The notes under the pieces are model-generated. The model ran no database searches. It had not been told where the DNA came from and saw only the letters and a program-made list of their open reading frames with translations. Below are positions 1 to 15,180 of a DNA stretch of 64,000 bases, in pieces. Every line of letters starts with the position of its first letter. Positions within the stretch are counted from its first letter, which is position 1. The translations under genes were made by a program, and so were the position numbers. Origin of the DNA: Auanema rhodensis (taxonomy: Eukaryota; Animalia; Nematoda); assembly GCA_964057225.1 (NCBI GenBank), contig OZ059894.1, positions 14,818,001-14,882,000 on the forward strand, in the 5' to 3' direction.

Positions 1-314
1 CCTAATACTTTGAAACGTGAAAAACCTTGTTTTTCGAAAAGAATTTGTTGACACTATCTTCGTAAACTCAACTGTCTCATCTTTTCTCATTTCTGAATTA
101 GTAATTATCAATATATACATATTATGTAATATGTAATTATTATTACTATTATGCAGCTCTATTCTCACAGTTCGATTCTTTGTCCTCTTTTTACTTTATT
201 TGCTCATTCTCTCTGCTATCCATGTTTTCCTTCAATTAATCTCGTTGCCCATCTTTTTTATCTTTTACTTCACTTCTTTTTCACTTTTAAATGTATTTTT
301 TGTGATAATTTCAG

Positions 315-1143
315 ATGGCTAAACACCAAATGTCGTCCGTTTTCTATTTGTTGTTTATATTATCCTGTTTGTTATTAGTGGCAACTGCCAGTTATATAGA
401 TGACCAGGACGCACGAATTTCTAACGAACCGGAAGATGGTATGTTCATATACATAGATTTATAAGAATCATTAACTATAACATGAAATTTTAAAAATTTT
501 TAATGATATTTTGCTGTTTGTAACACATAAATAATATAAGTTAAAGTATTAAATATGTTTTTTTATTGCTAAAAACAACATTATATAAACTATAATTCAT
601 TATATTTATAAAAATATATATTATAGTTCATTATACTTTAATGATCATGATGTGGAATTTATTATGTTTTTGCTGTTTTTCAGTTGATAAACGTGCTCGT
701 AATCCATATTCCTGGATGGAACGTTCCCCAGAAAAGAGGGCTCGTAATCCATACTCCTGGATGACAGAAGATCTCGATGATAAGCCAAAGAGAGCTCGTA
801 ATCCATACAGTTGGTTGGAAACTTCTAAGGTATAGCTTGTATCAATACAATATCCCTTCTTCATTGCCTTATGAAGTGATTCATTGATATCGTATTTCAT
901 GAAATACGGTATATATTATCTGTAAAATTGAAAAAAAAAATTTCTTTCTGCAAACTAGCTATGCATATACATTATACAAATTAATAAAGTTATACTGCTT
1001 CTTATCTTTTTCTTCATTTTTAGGCTAAAAGACATCTTCGCTTTGTTGATGACATTGCTCGCCAACCACGCAATCCTTACAGCTGGCAATATACAATGTT
1101 CGATAAGCGTACGCGTAATCCTTACAGTTGGCAAAATATCTGA
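315..1143 (+). CDS. Neuropeptide-like precursor (NLP type) with five RNPYSW-core peptides
   Basis: Exons 315-438, 684-829 and 1024-1143 splice in frame with GT-AG. Signal peptide MAKHQMSSVFYLLFILSCLLLVATA, then KR-flanked ARNPYSWMERSPE, ARNPYSWMTEDLDDKP, ARNPYSWLETSKA, HLRFVDDIARQPRNPYSWQYTMFD and TRNPYSWQNI-stop. TTTCAG lies directly before the ATG. Confidence 0.9.
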
Positions 1144-2026
1144 GCAGAATCGTCTGAGTTTAAGATATTCGGATTGAACGGTCTCTTCATTCTCTCAACC
1201 TTCTCCTCTTCCTTCATCTTTTTTTTAAACAAAAGCCAATTTATCTAGCCTGGGCAAAAGCTTTAACTTGTGAACATGATAAATATTGTGTTTACTTGAA
1301 CAATAAGAAAAATTGCTTTTTTTACAAATAAAATAGCCATTTAACTATTTCAATCTCAATTAATTTTTCTTGAGAGATAGCTTACATAGTGTACACTTCC
1401 CTCACCTACCCGGTACATGAAGGACCACATTCATTACATTGATCTCACATTTGAAGGTTGTACTACTGCTGTTCCAGTAAACTATCTCCCTCTCTCCCTG
1501 TTTCTTCTTATCTCTCTTAGTATTTTATTATCTCTCATTCTCTTTCTATCTATTGCTCCCATTGACTCAATCCTAATATTAACCTGTCTATTTTGCTTAC
1601 AGAATTTCGTTTCCTAGTGTATCTTTTACACAATTTGAATAAATAATTTTTTATTATAAAATAATTAATTATTATAAAGAAATATATATCATTTTTATTA
1701 TAATTAAACCAGTATAATACATAATTCAAAAAAAAAAGAAAAAGAAAGAAAAAGGAAAATAAACATACTTATACATATGTAAATAATAAGAGAAAATTCA
1801 TGTATAATATACAGAATATTTCAGATTATAACAAATTAATTTTTAAAAGACCCGTAATGATTAAAAGTATTTATAACACCTGAGATTAAATGAAATTCAT
1901 GATATGATTAGTAATATATAGAGAAGAAATATTGGTTTGATTAAACTAGGATATCTTCGAATGTTGTCTTCCTCCCACCCATCATCATTTCAGTTTCTTT
2001 TCTTTTTTTCCTTTCTTCGACTTTAA

Positions 2027-4586
2027 CTATGATTGTGATGAGGAATATTGAATTGAGATTTTCTGTTCAATTGGTCCAATATACGTTCCCTGAGCTGAAA
2101 ATAGATAAAACAATCAATCTAATTCAGTAAAAGTTTTGAGAAAAAATTGAAAATTATGCGATCTATCTATAGGGTATAAGCGTTGAACTAAATAACTAAT
2201 CATTGTTCATAAGGACTAATCAACTATTTGAATTAGTAACGTTTTCTTGATCAAAAAAAAAAGAAGAAAAAAAGAAAAAAAGGAAAATGATATAGTAATT
2301 CTAGAACCTTCTGTGTTCCAAATTTTCAAATTGAATTTATTCCAATGGGCATTTTCGGCCGAAAATAAGTTGAAAGTTGTAATTTGTATTGAACTACATC
2401 TATTAGAACTTACTTTCACTGTAATAACTATTCTTAACAGTTCTCGTTCCTGTATATTCCTTATGATCTAATGGATTGCTTTTACCATTTCGTTCCATGA
2501 ATTGAACACGAGATGCAAACCACCTTATACCATACAACGTTTTAAGCTGATTACGATATCTATAAGAAAATCATGAAGTTATCTATATTTCTGTATAAAT
2601 ACAATATATAAACTAATTAAATATACATATTATATGATTAAGAAGATTAAGTATAATAGAACTGTACTTCATCTATACTCACCTTGTCGAATATTTTACG
2701 TAAAAAATGAAAGTGGACGATGAATTAACTACGACAAGAATATTATTCACATCATTCAAGAGATATCCGACATCTGAACGGAATAATGATGACTGAACGA
2801 TCTCCAATACATTCAGAATGAATGAGAAGGTATAACAAAATAGAAAAACTGAAAACAAAAAAATGATTGTCTGAGATAATTAAAGAAAAAGAAAAATCTA
2901 TTAAACCAACCAATTACTACAAATATCATCATCTTAGCTGTGCTATGTTCTCGGCGTTCAGATGCCACAAGCTCATTGCGCTGCTCAATGGCTTTCAAAA
3001 TGGTACGGGCAACCTTCAAAATTTAAATATTTAATTTGTTTTCAAATATAGAAAAGCAAATAATTGGTGAGTACCTCGATGTTAAGCATGCATAATGCCA
3101 CAACAGGGACTACAAATTGCGATAATAACGTTGCTATATTCTGATACCACAACATGAATTTCACATTATCGCGTAATAAGGGTTGAACCATCTCCTCTAC
3201 GGTATCTAAATGACATTCCATTTTCAGCAATACATACATAGATAACAATGTTTATTTGTTTTTTTAATAGATTTTGTATGAAATTGCATTCTACTTTATG
3301 TGCATTGTGAAAATCAGATTTGCATTGTGCAACATGTTCTCTATTCTGTTATTGTTTGTTTGTTCTTTTCAAATTAAATAAAATTAGCATAAAGCCATTC
3401 GCACATTTCATTTTTATGTTTGCAATTGCACAAATCGGTTGTTACGTTTAGTTGTATACTTTAACTTATACATATATTTATATATATATACATATAGTTA
3501 AGTATACTATACTATACTATACATACATACTTATATATACATATGTACGTATCAATATATATATATATATATATATGTATATATCCATGAAACTAAATAT
3601 CTTTATAATTAAATTTATACATTATAATATAATATATAAAAAAATCTTTTTTCGAGAATGAGCTAGAGTATAAAGAAATCATAAAATTACCTGTTTCTTT
3701 GTCGACAAACTGAAATTCCCAGAAGCGAACAAAGTTATAAGCAACAGAAAAGATAACTATGACGAAAACCGTTAATAATGCTCGTGATCTAAATTAGTAA
3801 TTTATATATGAGCATAAGTTTTAAAAAAAAAGAAAATTTTCCAACCTTGTACAATATGATCGTACAACGAATGGATGACAAACAGCTAAATATCGATCTA
3901 TTGTGATGGAAACCAATAGCCAAACACTCATTGATTGAAACATTACAGTAACCGGATATAGATATACCATAATCAATGCAGTTATACGTGGTGATCCTGA
4001 ATAAATAAATAAGTTTTAAAAACTAATTATGAAATAAAAATATTTATTTGTTTATTTAAATAAAAATAATATTATTATATTTATATAATAAACCTGGTAA
4101 TAATGATTGAAGATGTCCAATATTGAAGACTGGAATTGCTAATAAACATACACATAAATCAGTAGCTGATAATGCTGATAATAATATATTAATTGACCTA
4201 AAAATCATAATAAATTTTAAAAATATTCCATTTACTCAAATTTTAAATGAAATTTAAATATTTGAATAGAGTTTTATAATTGATTTATAACAATGATTAC
4301 CTTCGTCGAAATGCAGGCTTTGTGTAGATAATTAGAGAAAGAACATTCCCTATAATTCCCGTAACACACATACATATCATGACTATTGTACATGCTTGCG
4401 ACAACCATAATACCAAATTCATGGTCTAAAAAATATAAATAAATTTAGATTTAAATATACATAATGAATAAGAATAATAGGAAATGAGAAGAAAAAGAAG
4501 AAGAAGATAAATAAATATAAATGCATACATACATAGTTATATAAAAGTTGTAATGGATCAAAAGCTCGAGATGAAAATGAAGCCAT
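2027..4586 (-). CDS. Rhodopsin-family peptide GPCR, FMRFamide-receptor-like (frpr type)
   Basis: Spliced translation gives seven TM segments: GIIGNVLSLIIY, LSALSATD, SVWLLVSITIDRYLAVCHPF, YNFVRFWE, QFVVPVVALCMLN, REHSTAKMMIFVVIVFLFCY, LVVVNSSSTFIFY...RYR. The first exon (MASFSSRAFDPLQLLYNY) and last exon are less certain. Confidence 0.85.
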
Positions 4587-4734
4587 TAATATATGTTTTC
4601 GACTTTTATTCTTCGATTTCAAACATATATACATATATACACATATTGTAAGTCTATATGTATATATCCAAAAGTTCAAAAATTAATTAGCAGATGAGCA
4701 AGAGAGCATTGAAATTTCTTAAAATGAGATATCT

Positions 4735-4746
4735 AGTAGTAGTAGC

Positions 4747-4783
<37 letters not shown>
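4735..4783. repeat. (AGT)n microsatellite
   Basis: About 16 AGT units with one AGC variant. Confidence 0.9.
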
Positions 4784-7700
4784 AGAACATCCATTTTTTT
4801 TCTACAAAACAGTCTTTTCTTAACGATTTGAGCATTATCATGCAGAAATTTGATGAATTAATCGAATCTGACGTCGAGGTGAACAACGAATGAATATTCG
4901 ATGGAAAAGATGAGAAGTATTACGGCTTTAGATTTGAAATGAGAAAAGTCGTCGTGTTAACTTGGTTCACCAAAACGGAATATTTTCTTCTTGACATACT
5001 ATTTTTAAGTTCTATCTCATGATATGGATGTAGATGTATACATAAATAAAAATAAAAAATATATAAATAGCAAATGTTTCAAGAAATATAGAATTTGTAT
5101 CAAAATCTGTAAAGAAATTAACATTTGATCTGATCCCTTGAAACTCTCTTCGTCCCTCATTCTCTTTCTTAAACATGAGCTTTGAGTTTTAATTGAGAAA
5201 GAAACAGAAATTGAGAAGAATTAAAAAGAATTTTATGTAAATAACTTATATTTTATAAATTTATTTTTATATTATAATAATAAGTGAAAAGGGCTCAAGA
5301 TCAAGTGATAATGGTGATTGGTTGATAATATCGTGCAGATGAAAACTTGCAAAAACAAAAAAAAAGAAACATAGATTAACAAGTACTCAAATATGAAAAT
5401 ATAATGAACAAACATCCAATTGAATTGTGATGCTCAGTCCATATAAGTAAACTATATGAATATAATAAAGTTTTTATCGTAAAAACTTGATTGAAAATAG
5501 AGATTTGAGTATTTGAGATTATAACAACTTCAATACCGTATAATCATCTATCGCAACTTTGAATTACGTATGCATATCTTAGTAGCCGTTTATTCATTTT
5601 TAGACAAAAAAATAGATAAAAATAAATTTTATTTTTACCTTTCATTACTACTATCTAGAAATTAAAAAAAAAGAGAAGAAAAACTAGTTGCCAATATCTG
5701 TTCAATGACACTTCAATTTCAAAAAAAAAGGAAAGTTTTTTCTAGCTTCCGTAGTGATCTAATTGTTGACAAGCTTCAAAGAAAATGCGTCTGAAAAATT
5801 AATTTCAATCTAGCTTAAAGAACTTCAAGATTTTTCCTTACAAACAAATGATTTATAGTTATAACCATGAATGTTTTGAGGATTTAGTCAAAAGTTTTGA
5901 TATAATAAACGGAAATCAATATTACTAGTTCGGAGAAAAAATTAGAAAGATAAATGCAAGAAATATACATATAGGCATGGACATCTCTTTTATCTGTTTA
6001 AGCTCAAGAAGGATCTAAGGTTTTGCAATTCAGAAAGGTCGAAGATCTAATATTTCCCTGGAAAATTTTCTTGCAATCTACTGAGAGGGAGGATTTCCGT
6101 TGATCGCTTTTCCGTTTCTGACCCACACTTTGCTCTGTCTCACTTTGTCTCTATCACATGAATTTCCTTGTTCTCATGAGTACTTTTCTACAAATTAAAT
6201 AACTTCAGGCATTCCCCACTCATAATATTTCCATTTTATTAGCGGTGTTAATGAATATTCTCCAAAAAAAATTCTAATGGACTCAAGATTAAGATTATTT
6301 GAGAAAAGAACACAAAGGAAGCATGTGTAGTATGTTCATGGATGTATGTGTATATTCAATGTAAAATTATAAAAAAGAAAATACTATTATATCATATAAT
6401 ATAATAATTAAAGATATTTGAATTATTATAGAGCACTTGTTTCAAGTTGAACTGGAATAACCAGCAAGAGAGAGAGAGAGAAAGAGAGAATAAGTTCTAC
6501 ATGGAGACTAGGAGGGGAAAAGAGAAAAACAGAGAAACACAAAACATGTAATGATCAATGGAATTTTATAGTTTTAAAAGCATACAAATCACCAAACTTA
6601 TAAAAGGTTAAAATCATTTAGTTTCAAAAATAAGTTTAATTTTTTGTTTAAAAAAAATGTTTGAAGGTGATGTAGAACATGTTTACTCAAAAATATTCGC
6701 TTCATGTTTTGATATAAAACTTATAAATTCATTTGAAAGTTGACCTTATTTGAAGGAATGAAAATAATACTGCAATCAAGATTTGAAAAAATAGATTTCA
6801 ATGGGTCAGGATCACATCAGTAGAAGTACAACAGCTTCTAACGTTTTAATTTTTAAAAATGAAGTTGTTGTACATGTGTCATCATACAGCTTGAGTAGTA
6901 ATTCAAACGCCCATAAGCAACACGTCACTACTTCTCTAAAGACTTATTCAAGATCAAAAGGTTGACATAATGAAGAAAGGAATGCTTAAGCTTATGCTGT
7001 TGTGTGGTGCTGCGTAGGCGACTTGCTGCACGAAAGACGACGACAACGTCTTGTCTACCTTTCCCTCGTGTCACGCTACATGTGAAAAAGTTTTATATGA
7101 TAACTTTTCTCGTTGTGTAACTTTGGTTGTACTGATTGAAGATGAAGAAATGCTTAGCAAAGTAAGATAATGCAATGTTTTTTACTTAATTAGGCTTTTA
7201 CGAAAGAAAAAACAGCTTTTTGCAGGCAATTCGATATAAAATATCTCGTATTGACCCTCACACATGGGATTGTATTCATACATGAAATCTATAACATTTC
7301 TTCAGATAACATTATAATAATTTTTTCAAAAATAAGAGAACAAACATCGTTGAATATACGATGTCAATTTCAGGGAGCTATATTCAACAGATTCATTCAA
7401 TAGAAAATTTTCGAATAAAATCTTTAAGAAGGACAAATCTTCATTTATATTTCATTTTTCTTTACCAAAAAAAAGAATATGCAAGATTCAATGCTCCGAA
7501 TACGACTTTGTAATTCTTGAGAATATACGGACTTGATAGACAGTAGTATGAAGCTGACATAAGAATTTCATTTAAATGCTTTTCTCTACCTCTCTTTCTC
7601 TCCCATAACTTCTGCATCTCTCTTTCCTTCATTTTCTTCAACAACAACATGTTCATTTCTTGGATTTAAATAATGTAATCGACAATGGACACGTATTTTC

Positions 7701-10700
7701 TGGGTTTCCGCTTTCATTTCATCTGCTAATCATATCTTTTATTTCACTTTTTCTCAGCTCAATTCAACACAAAAAAAATATAAAATAACATAATTAATCT
7801 AAACTGAAACACCGTAAGTATGGAGAGAATAGTTGTCACTCCATCAAGTAGGAGTAGTAGGCGACAGCCATATTGAACATGTAATTTCTGAATGAAGTAA
7901 TGACTTAGAGCAAGCACACAATGAATAGAAAAGAATAGATTTTCAAAATTCAACCGTTGATGAAAAGGCTCAGAAACATTCTGTACTTTAGGCTTAATCC
8001 GAGTCATATTTAAACAAGAAAAAAGTTTTAAGAACATCAGTTCTTTGGTCCTAATTAGTTAGCAAATTCAAGGTAAAAGGATGTTTATTTCCAATTTTTC
8101 AACGGCAATTTTCGAAAAAAAGGTATTATTTTCCTTAAAATGAGTAGGAAGTTCGTTTTGTACTTTATGTAAGATTGTGAAGTATCTCGAAAGTCTCCTT
8201 CCTTATTTGGAGCAAAAAAGAAAAAGAAACATATGTATCTGTATATGTACTATTATTATTATTATTATTATTAAATAAATTGAAAACAATATTATTAAAT
8301 AGTTAATAATATTATTAAATAAAATAATAAAATCACATTATGACATAAATTAAAATAAAATAATTTTTTTTGAAACAAATACTATTTTTTTAATGTATTT
8401 TTACTGTTATTTACCAGCTATTAAATGGATTTATGAGAGAAATTTCTTTAATTTTGAATAGATAAAGATAAAATACGATGATTCGTAAAAGAAAACAGAA
8501 AAAGCAAAAAATAAAGTTGTATCTTTGAAAAAAATGACAAATAGAGTTAATTATTTAGAGAATGTGGATAATTTTTGAAAAAAAAAAGAAAAGGAGAAGC
8601 TATGAGTAGGAGGGTAGACTAAAAGAACGCGAGAATGTTAGACTATCATTAGATTTCTTTTGAACTAATTTAAAATGGTTGCTTTGAAAGAAAAGAAAAA
8701 AGATAAGACAGAGAGAGAGAGAGAAAGAGAGAGAGAGATAGATAGAGAGAGACAAGATTCTTTTATGGAAGATAATAATAAGAAAAAGAATTTTTCAACC
8801 GAAATTCCTTAAAAATGCAAAACAGTCATCGGTTGTTTTGAACAAAACGTGATTTCTATTGAGTGCTAAAGCATCTGATAGATACTCCAAATATAAATTT
8901 AATTGCAAATTTTGAAAATTTGTTCAAAAGAAGTTCATCATTGTCATTTAGATTTTTGTCTTTTTTAATCTACAATTCTAATAAAGGACATAATATTATC
9001 AGATATAATTAAAATGCAATTGGAATGACAGCTTCAAGTAATTTTAGGAATTTAATCTATCTAAACTTCGTATAAAGTTTTGCTGATGATGCTAAGAATT
9101 CTGAGATGATGAGATGCTGCACATAATGAAATTATCCAGTACTACTTGTGAACGTTGAATTGTAGAAGCAGATTACATGGAAGCTAACCAGAAAACTGAA
9201 ACAGCAAGCCATCGGATCAGATGATGTCATTGCTTTTCATTTTTTTAATTTAAGAAATGAAATACATGTGTATGTATTAATGGATACATACTATATATCG
9301 TCTATATATCGTCTCTATATAGGTTATATAGTATATAATTTATATAGTATACTATATATAATATAGGTTTATATCAGCTTGAATTGCAAAAAAAAAGAAA
9401 GAAATAATAGAAAAGAGTGAGAAAAGCTAAAAGTGAAGTTTCGTAAACAGGACGATTAATGTCCTCAGAATAGGTTTTTGTACTTTCAATTTTAAAAAAA
9501 AGTTCACAAAATTCTTCACTAGATAGCATTAATGGTAGCAAACGTGATTATTTTGCTTCAATAATAATATTAGACTATATGGATGGATATGTGGAAAAGC
9601 TTTAGCTTCTCAGAGATTAAGAAACAATTCGTATGCATAACATTGTTCACTGTTTTTCATGAGCGTTATTCATAAACAAATGTATGAGAGAGAGAGAGAG
9701 ATTGTTTTTCGGTCAAAATGCGATCAAGCAATAAGTAAGCAGAGGAGGAAAAGCTTCTTCGTGAGAAGTATGACAGTTCTTCTCCTTCTGTACTTCTATA
9801 AGTGTAAGTAGAATGTGTGAAAATGTAGTGTTTGCCTTCTGTATGATATAGATTAAATGAGTATTACGATGAAGCATATGCTAGAACCTCTATAGAAAAT
9901 CAGTATTTCTAAGAAAATACTATATATATATATATGGAAGTTATAATTAATTATTCGTCCTAAATTATCAGAAAAATCTGCAATATTTGACATGTATAAA
10001 CGCGACATTTCACTAAATGATTTAGTCTATGGGTCACAAAAAGTGATGCTATTGTCTTTTTTTTTTGGCAGCAAATTATATTTACGAGATCCATATGTCA
10101 AAGTTATTTTTGAAAAATTACTGAAAAAGATATGTCTAAGTATATGCTTAAAGTGACATTTCTAAGAAAAAGAAAAAGGCAAAGAAGCAGAATAATATGA
10201 TGACGATGCTGAATGTTTCTGAATGAAATGGTCAAAAATGGAATAGATGTCAAATTGAAGAATATTTAAAGGTTCACATTTTAATTTGAAAGTAATACAT
10301 ACGAATATCTATATATATATATATATATAGATGTGATTGAGGAAGAAAGTAAAGATTTTAGTAAAGTTCAACATATAATTATGACGATTTATATATAAAT
10401 ATATATATATATATATATACTATACTTATATATATATAGTTTGATTATATTATATTTACACATTTATATTGTTTTTTGTCTTCAAGTATAAGATGCAAAC
10501 AATAAAAAAAATCTTTTTTTTTCTATTAATTTCTTTTTTTTGTAGAAAAAAGATCTACAAAAGACTTCAATGTTTCAAGTATTTCATGTGGAATATATAA
10601 CAAAGAAAGGAAAAATAGTTAGATATTAATGACGTGACGTAATTAACTATTATAAATGGTTCATAACGAAATATTTTAAAAATGATATATGATTGAATAA

Positions 10701-13700
10701 TTTCATTCATAAGTTTTTTTTTAACTAAGAAATTGTGTGAAATTGTTTAAATACATACTCGAAATTTGTTCGTTTTTTGAACAGGAAAAAAAGAAGGAAG
10801 AGAAGAAGAGAGTTAGATATCATTACTAAAAATGTAGTTTGAACATGTTGTAAACAATACTAGTAAACATAGTTTTAAAAAAAAAGTTTGGTAGAGATCA
10901 TAATGAGGAGAAAAACGAAATGGGTACGAGAAAGAGTGGGCAAGAGTTTAGTTGAAGTTCAACCGTTCAACGCGTCCGCAATGATTATAATGAGATCATG
11001 TACAAGTTGAGGGGATCACACGTAAAATGCTAATTCACATCACGCAGACTGCCGGAGGAGAAAATGAAAAAGAACCAACATACGGGAGGAAGTTAAAAGA
11101 GAAGAAGAGTATAGAAGATAGGAGGGAAAGTGAGAAAGAAATGGTAAAGATATCTTCTCCAGATAAAAGAAAGAAAATGAAAAAAGATGCTTAGTCAGAA
11201 AGAGAAAAGAAAATATAGAGAGAGAAGAAGATGAAAAGACGAAAGAGTTTGTTATTATATTGAAAAACAGAGAGAAATAGCTGAGCAATAAAGGCTACTC
11301 CTTAATCCATTTTGTGGAACAGTTCATCTGTTTCGTTCAAAGAACAAATATGATTATAATATTATTTAAAAAAAAAAACAAAAAAGAATAAAAGGAAATA
11401 TAATAGAAAAAGGAAGAAGAGGAAGGTATTTTACATCCATAGTTTATATTCAACACATTAATCAAAATACAAAAAGTACAAAGAAATGTCAAATAGATGT
11501 ATCGAGGGATTGGTGAATGTCTTGAAAGAGCAAGAGGATGATTAAAGCAAAATTGAATATGGGATAAGAAGATACTTTTTCTGAAACAATAACTCCTCAA
11601 TATTTTCATTATAAGTTTCACAATATCCAAATATACTTTCAATATGCTTTTTGGTCATTTTCTTTGAAATTGTCTTCATTTTCATTCATATTTTGCTCGT
11701 ATTATGACAATAGAGACCAGTTGAATCTAATCTCGTAACAGATAGAAAGCTTTCGCTTGCAGAATTTCGTTATATAACCTAAAGTTAGTGTCAGTGTGGG
11801 AGGATTGTGACAAGCTGACGACATCTCATTGACACTTTAGTTATACACATAGTATATACATAACTCGTTTTGAAAAAAAATAATTGGATGAAACGATTTA
11901 AACAAATCGTTTCTAATAGTAAACTCACTATCTTCCGAGTTAGTGAGAGAAATATGTATGGATTATATCTAAATGTGTGTCTCTACTCACACATCAAGTA
12001 GGAAGTTCATTCCAGAAATGATTGCATCAAGAATCGAGATAACAGCAATTCAGTTAGGAAAATGCTTTAGAAACATTTTTGCCAACTTGAGATAGCTGAA
12101 CAAATAGCTTAAAGAAGCAGGCGTTCAAAAAACTTTCAACATTATCATTTAAGAATCAAAAGAAAAAATAAAGTGAAAATAATAATGAAATAAGGATACT
12201 TGAAAGATTTCACTTGATTTCTTTCAATGTCTTAGTTTCGTTTTCTATTTACTTTCAAGCAATGTAGCTTGATTCAAGATGGTTTTCACAGATACTACAC
12301 TCCACCTAGAAACAAAATAAGAAACTTTAAAATAAATTTTTGCTTCTGGAGTTTGAAATTGCAAAAAGAGAAGCGTCAATTGCTAATAACATTGGATATT
12401 GAAAGAATACCAAAATAAAATAAAATGAACGGATACATAATAAAAAGAAAAAGAGACAAAGATAAATAAGAAGAGAAAAAAAGAAAAATTAGGAAAAAAA
12501 ACTTAATAATATTGATCATCATCTCACATTTTGATGAAAAAAAATAGAGGGAAACCCGAACAACTACTAGTAAAAGTTGAGAAGTGTGAACAGGAGTACT
12601 ACTACTACTACAACTCCTGCAAAACCAAATTTCGAACAAAAAAAATTGTTTTTATCATACTTAGGTGAAATTTCTATCTTTGTTTTTTTTATTTCGTTGA
12701 AATTATAATGATAAGTAATAAGCAAAGTATAGACCAAAAGCAAATGATTATATTAGAAATTAGATATTTGGAGTTATAGCTAAAGAACTAGTATTTGCTT
12801 GTTTTCATGATAGATATAGATATTCTGCAAATTTGATTTAAGTAAAGTAAAATAACAGCATTTTTAATTTTGAATAAGATGAAACTCATTAATTGAGTAA
12901 TTGAATGAATCTTTTTTTTTTCAAAACGATCAGTGTGAGAATAAAAAAAACAAATCCAGCCAACAATGACATCAATCACATTGTGAGCACGTTGTTGAGC
13001 TCTATCTAGTCGGGAAGAATGTACCAAATAGGATCAAAAGAAGAAGTTTGGTTTCTAAGTTGCAGGATGTTTTACATAGTAAGGAAGATAGCAAGTAATT
13101 GAAATTGATGAGCTTTGTGGATGAATGAACAAAGATACTAGATATTCAATTAGATCATCAACTTTTACTAAATGAGATATTTCGAATTAAAAGGAAAACA
13201 TTCATTTTTTTCATGAAATTAAAAAGGATATCATTCTTCCATTGCCCAAAATTATCTTTTGAACATGACGTAGTTGGCTAAGATGATGAGAAATTTTGCA
13301 AAAAAAGAGAATGCCGGTTTTGCTAACAAATTCCCTCTCTCTTTTCTCTCTCTCTATCTCTTTCTCTCTTTCTCTATTTTCTTTTTTACTTTCTCTTAGT
13401 TTATATATCTCTCTCTCTTGCTTGATCTCTTGAATTCCTATTTTGTTGCCCTCATTGCACTCAATTTCTACACCTCTCATCTTCTTTCTATCTCTCCGTG
13501 CAACTCTCATTCCCTTTATCTTTTCCCTCTCTTCTATCTTATTTCTCTTTTCTTTCTCATTGACACTTGTTTCTCAGTATTTCTCGTATTTTTAATTCGT
13601 TATGAATACTTTGACCACAATCCTAATCAAACTAGCATGCTCTTGAGATATGAAGCATGTATGTAGATGGCCTTCTGTTTTTGACACAAAAAAAGGATTT

Positions 13701-15180
13701 CTATTGGAAACTGATGGATTTGTCATATGTCTATTCTTACTTAAATAACTGAATTACATTGATCATTTTTAAATTCTTTTCTTATTCTATTTTCAATGTC
13801 ACGTTGTTCACGTTAGAGCATGAAGAGCATGACGACTAATATGAGAATGCTACAAATAAGTTTTTGTTTCTTTTTATTTTTTTAAAATAACATTTTTGAT
13901 ACAAAAATGAATATTTCTTCTTTCACACTTATATAAAAATACAAATAAATCTATATATTAAGAGAAAAAATGAAATTTGGTTTACTAGAAGTATAAAAAA
14001 CTTGATATGAGACCAAAAAAACTAATGAAACGAGCTGGCCTGACTTGTCGCAATTATAGGAGCATGCTTGATTTGCCGGACACGAAAATATTTTGAATAT
14101 GACTATATATCTTGAGACGAACTTTTCAGCTGTCTTATATTTATTCAGAGAAACAAAAAGATCTGGTACATACCATAGAGTAATAAACGTCAGTACTCAA
14201 TATCCACAAAGGTTTTTTTTGTTTCATTTTAATGATTCTATTCCTGTTTAGCATTATATGATACTATATAACTATAACTATATATATCTATCTATACATG
14301 TTTATATATACATATATGTATATCTAAAAAGTTTTGAATGTTATTAATCAAGTTATTATAAACATGAAATAGTTATAGATATATACAAACATGAATGTAT
14401 ATATCTTTGAAGCAATATGAAGTTATTGAACTTGTCATATTCACATCTTTAATTTACAATCTGTAGTTTTTTAATCAAAAAAAATATCAAGAAGATTCAT
14501 CTTGATACATTTTATATAGAACAAAACAAAGATATTGTTGTCATAAACAACAGCAACAAAAACTTCTGATGAACATAATATGAAAATTGTCTAAAAGTAG
14601 AAATATTACAAATACTATATCCTATACTATTACTATAGTATTTCATCAAATTAAACTTTTTCTTCTTTAATCTTTTCCTTTTTTTTTGAATTTTTTAAAA
14701 ATAAAATGAAAGTGTATCAGTTGAGAATCATAAACGAAAAAAGCACTATGAAATAATTAATAATATGGAAATACGTTGAGAAAATTTTTCAATTTTCACT
14801 GAGTAAGTAAAGATCTTCTCAGTTTATTCATCTGCTCTATTTTTTTCAGCAGCAGATACCGTATAGCATCAATTTACTTCATAATAACCAATATTGCAAA
14901 ATGAAAATAAAGAAAAATCAAAAATAGAAAACGTTATAACAGAAAATGCTTATGTATTAGGCTATTCCTAGAAAAAAGTTTATGAAATATCGTTTTTTCA
15001 ATTTATTTATAAAGAATTCCGATGTCACATGTAGTAGATGCACAATGCATCACCAAATGGAGCGAGTTTAGCTTCCTTTGAACATTTTAAATTTTTTTTA
15101 GAATTTAAAAGTTTTAACAAAACTTTAATATTAATAAATTAAATTATTATATGAAACTAAGCAGATTTTTAGATATATAG

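Noticed and set aside
631-900. Minus-strand ORF with repeated QEYGLRA
   Set aside because: It is the antisense shadow of the RNPYSW peptide repeats.
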